DNA of 63,379 nt, the filler included, from Lentisphaeria bacterium (lineage in GTDB: Bacteria; Verrucomicrobiota; Lentisphaeria; JABSQK01; JAWLHB01): assembly GCA_041690595.1 (NCBI GenBank). It is 5 parts of 5 records of this genome, joined end to end, with 100 filler letters (N's around TTAATTAATTAA, not from the genome) between each part and the next. Parts side by side here need not be neighbours in the genome. Positions count along the whole stretch, not along the records: positions 59,386 to 63,379 come from JAWLHB010000094.1; 4 more parts are not named here. One strand, written 5' to 3'. Numbering within the stretch: the first letter of the stretch is position 1; each line of letters starts with the position of its first letter. Made by a program: the position numbers and the translations under genes. Under the pieces are notes generated by a model. That model saw only the letters and a list, made by a program, of their open reading frames with translations, ran no database searches and was not told the origin of the DNA. Shown piece after piece: positions 60,419 to 63,379 of the stretch.

Positions 60419-63073
60419 TCAAACCTTCTCGATGCGGACGCCGTTCTGGCCGGCAAACACCGATGAACCCGAGAGTCGATCGAAATCGAGCGGAATCAGT
60501 TCGTTGTTGTTGCCGCCAATGGCGGTCTTGCCGAACTCTACGGATGTATGGCGACCGTAGGCCCAGTGGCCCATCCCGAAGGACTTCACCACGCAACCGG
60601 GCCGCACGCCTTCCCAGACACTCGCCTTGCAGGTGATGGAGCCGGCCGGAGAGACGAGACGGATGGCATCGCCGGTCTTGAGGCCGAGGCGTTCGGCATC
60701 CACCGGGTTGATCTTGGCGGCATCCTCGAACTTCAGATCGCCGGGCTCGACGTCCCGCTCGCCGGCATACCAGTAGTGATTGCACCCGCGGCCTTCGCGG
60801 TTGAGCTTGTGCTTGGCGTCGATGAACAACATCGGGTACTCCGACTCGCTGCCCTTGCGGACCGGGTTTTCGTAGTGCGGGATGAAGGCCAGTTCCCCGC
60901 GCGCCTCGTAGTTGCAGACTTCCAGTACGCGGTCAATGCCGACGTTGTGCTTTTCGGCATGCTTGCCCAAGGCTTCCTTGAGGCCTTCACTGTAGAATTC
61001 GAAGTTGCCGGTCTTGGTGCCGAATTTGCCCCAGCGCGACCGGAACGGGTAGCGATCGCTGGTCCACATGCCGACCTTGCGGAACTCGTCCCAACTGCCG
61101 ACCTTGCTGCCGCCGACCGTCGACTCCGGATCCCAGAATGGCTTGGTCATGATCTTGGCCATGTACAGACCGAGTTCATCACCGTTAGTCGGCTGAACAC
61201 CCGTTTCCGGATCCTTGAACTCGTTTCTCAGGTATTCGAGCGGCGCACTGAACCCCTTGCGGTCAAGGGCCTCAGCGAGCAGCCAGGGAATTTCCGACTC
61301 GTCCTGCCTGATATCGCCGACCTTGACCATTGGCTGCTGGATGCCGACCACGCCGTAGCCGTTGCCGGAGTTCGCGACCACGTTCCAGCGCTCGAACATG
61401 CTGTGCGCGGATGGCAGGACGATGTCGGCCAGCATCGTTGTTTCGGCCAGGTTCAGGGTCGAGATGACCATGAACGGCACCTTGGCAAACGCTTCCTCGA
61501 ACTGCTTTGCGCCGGTGTTGGAGTAGGCAAAATTGTTCCAGCTGGCGTAGACGACCTCGATCGGATACGGATCTTCCTCGAGAATGGATTCCGCGATCTG
61601 GCCGGTGACCACACCACCGCCGGATTTGCCCTTCTTGAGCGCGGGGTGTTCCAACCGCCCGCGCCGGTCGATCTTCTCCATCTTGCTGTGGACTTTGGCC
61701 AACTCGTCCATGTAGTCGCTGCTCTTGGCCAGCTTGCCGACGGGGCGAGAGGAAAAGCGCATGCTGCCGCCCTCGTTGTCGGCCGCGCCGAGCAGACCGA
61801 CCAGAGCATGCCCGCACATCGAGGCATAGGAGCCACGCGGGGTCATGTGCATGCCGCGCGACATCCAGACACCCACGTTCGGAGCCGCAGCCCCAAGGTC
61901 GCGGGCGACACGGACGATCTGTTCGACCGGCAGGTCCGTGATCTCAGCCGCCCACTCGGGGGTACGGTCCTTGAGTTCAAGGTTCCACCATTGCACGAGC
62001 CCATGGGTATAGAGCTCGTTGAAGGTTGGAACGGCGGTTGGTCCCGATGCTTCGGTTCCTGCCGTCAAAGCCTCTGCCGATTCTCCTTCCATGGCGGCAT
62101 TCGCCGGAGTGTCCACCATGGTTTCCAGTTCCACCGTCTGGCCTGGGACGAAGCGGTTCTGGCCGTCGAAGAAGTCGCCGACGAACGGTTTGTACCAGAG
62201 ACCCTCGGTCAGAATGACATGCGCCAGCGCGAGCGCCAGGGCAGAGTCCGTCCCTGGCTTGAGCGGCAGCCATTCGTCTGCTTTCTGCGCACTCGAGGAG
62301 AAGCGGGGGTCGGCCACCGCCACCTTGGCCTGATCGAGCATGTTGCCCCACTCGCGTGTGGCGAAGGAGACCTGTCGGTTGGCTGCAATCGGGTCGGTGC
62401 CGAACGTCAGCTGATAGCGGCTCGCCGTGATGTCGTACTGGCGGTAGCCCCAGAAACCTTCCATGTAATACGGGCCGAACTTGTCGGCTTCGGCGCAGAT
62501 CGCCGAATGCGAAATGTTGTTGGGCGAGCCGATGATCTTCGTGATCTCCGAGAGCATCACTCCGTTGAAACCGCCGTAGCGCCCGCGCGTCGTCATGTAG
62601 CGCTCCGGCACGCCGCGCTCGCGCAGGTCGAGTAGCTTCTCGGCGAAGGTGTCCATCGCCTCTTCCCAGGTGATGCGCACGAATCCCGGATCCTTGCCCC
62701 GGCCCTTCCTGGGATTGGTCCGCTTCATCGGGTAGCGCACCCGGTCCGGATCGTACAGCTCGGTCAGCGCCATGCTCTGGCGCACACAACCGGATTTCCC
62801 GGTGATCTTGGAGTGCTGGTTGCCGCGTACGTGGAAGACGCGACCGTCCTGCACGTAGGCCTCCTTCATGCACCAGGTGGTGCAGCCCTGACAGACCGTG
62901 GGCACCCACTCGCCCGAACCCGGAATGGGAATCGGGTTCGCAGCGTGCACGACACCGGCATTCACCAGTGCCTGCATCAGGGGGTTGAGTTGGAACGCCG
63001 TCAAGGCGCCCAACGCACCCGTCCCGGCAAGGAAGGTGCGGCGACTGATCTTGGTATCGTGGAACCATTGCAT
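60419..63073 (-). CDS. arrA: Respiratory arsenate reductase catalytic Mo-bisPGD subunit
   Basis: TAT motif SRRTFL; CQGCTTWC-X27-C; KRTNPRKGR..DPGFV.ITW; RGRY; SHSAICAE; GGAGG RBS. Confidence 0.88.
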   Translation of the reverse strand: MQWFHDTKISRRTFLAGTGALGALTAFQLNPLMQALVNAGVVHAANPIPIPGSGEWVPTVCQGCTTWCMKEAYVQDGRVFHVRGNQHSKITGKSGCVRQSMALTELYDPDRVRYPMKRTNPRKGRGKDPGFVRITWEEAMDTFAEKLLDLRERGVPERYMTTRGRYGGFNGVMLSEITKIIGSPNNISHSAICAEADKFGPYYMEGFWGYRQYDITASRYQLTFGTDPIAANRQVSFATREWGNMLDQAKVAVADPRFSSSAQKADEWLPLKPGTDSALALALAHVILTEGLWYKPFVGDFFDGQNRFVPGQTVELETMVDTPANAAMEGESAEALTAGTEASGPTAVPTFNELYTHGLVQWWNLELKDRTPEWAAEITDLPVEQIVRVARDLGAAAPNVGVWMSRGMHMTPRGSYASMCGHALVGLLGAADNEGGSMRFSSRPVGKLAKSSDYMDELAKVHSKMEKIDRRGRLEHPALKKGKSGGGVVTGQIAESILEEDPYPIEVVYASWNNFAYSNTGAKQFEEAFAKVPFMVISTLNLAETTMLADIVLPSAHSMFERWNVVANSGNGYGVVGIQQPMVKVGDIRQDESEIPWLLAEALDRKGFSAPLEYLRNEFKDPETGVQPTNGDELGLYMAKIMTKPFWDPESTVGGSKVGSWDEFRKVGMWTSDRYPFRSRWGKFGTKTGNFEFYSEGLKEALGKHAEKHNVGIDRVLEVCNYEARGELAFIPHYENPVRKGSESEYPMLFIDAKHKLNREGRGCNHYWYAGERDVEPGDLKFEDAAKINPVDAERLGLKTGDAIRLVSPAGSITCKASVWEGVRPGCVVKSFGMGHWAYGRHTSVEFGKTAIGGNNNELIPLDFDRLSGSSVFAGQNGVRIEKV

Positions 63074-63092
63074 GTGCGGGGTCCTCCATTGG

Positions 63093-63235
63093 TTCGATAC
63101 TTCGAGAACGATCGAAACATGAGGCCGCACTCGGATTATTGATTTAGCGCACAGTTCCTTGTGGTTATTCGAAAGAATCGAACAGATAGCTCCTCTAGAG
63201 CCTATTTCATACAATAATTGCGATTATTCGAAGAT
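63093..63235. promoter_or_regulatory. Repeated TTCGA-N5/6-TCGAA palindromes upstream of arrA (ArsR-operator-like)
   Basis: Full sites at 63101-63116 and 63168-63182; half-sites at 63093 and 63227. Confidence 0.5.
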
Positions 63236-63379
63236 ACTAAAATGGCGGCGCTATGATCCTGCCGCTTTCAGAGACAGATGGGATCGATTCGCGGAGCGCC
63301 GCGATCTGCGATCGGGACCCTACGCCTATCGCCTCAACGGGTACCTGGAACCGGCCTGTGGGTAGTGGCTGCGGCAGGT

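Noticed and set aside
60419..63073. ArxA arsenite oxidase or polysulfide reductase PsrA
   Set aside because: RGRY and SHSAICAE motifs favour ArrA; the ArxA-type GRGW motif is absent.
63253..63379. Open frame running off the window end, divergent from arrA
   Set aside because: Too short and without motifs; cannot be called.

Overview
High-GC bacterial sequence, most consistent with a PVC-superphylum genome (Lentisphaerae/Kiritimatiellae-like; this is inferred from gene content, not proven). The window is five contig pieces joined by identical 100-nt N/TTAATTAATTAA linkers (17130-17229, 31452-31551, 45493-45592, 59286-59385), so adjacency across linkers is not biological. Piece 1: 2H phosphoesterase, resB-like gene with a His/GHPP lipoprotein, two giant paralogous membrane-anchored proteins built from three homologous ~1150-aa units, and two CAZyme-like genes. 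Piece 2: M14 peptidase, eno, transglutaminase-like, GNAT, a two-variant 9-bp tandem array, an MBL hydrolase, a MoxR/DUF58 operon with two gene fusions, and tRNA-Val(CAC). Piece 3: AraC, SGNH, SDR, orphan mreC, a CPA1-TrkA-PTS IIA antiporter, pilT, a persulfide dioxygenase-rhodanese/YeeE cluster, tsaD and ctpA. Piece 4: tandem rrn-like promoters, Fe-ADH, rnc, recJ, gcvT-H-PA-PB, and a decayed Rhs toxin locus interrupted by a 355-bp MITE (24-bp perfect TIRs, 8-bp TSD, NrdR-box-like palindromes at both ends). Piece 5: a respiratory arsenate reductase operon arrA-arrB-arrC with ArsR-operator-like palindromes upstream. The best candidates for something undescribed are the giant three-unit envelope protein pair, the MITE, and arr genes in this genomic background.
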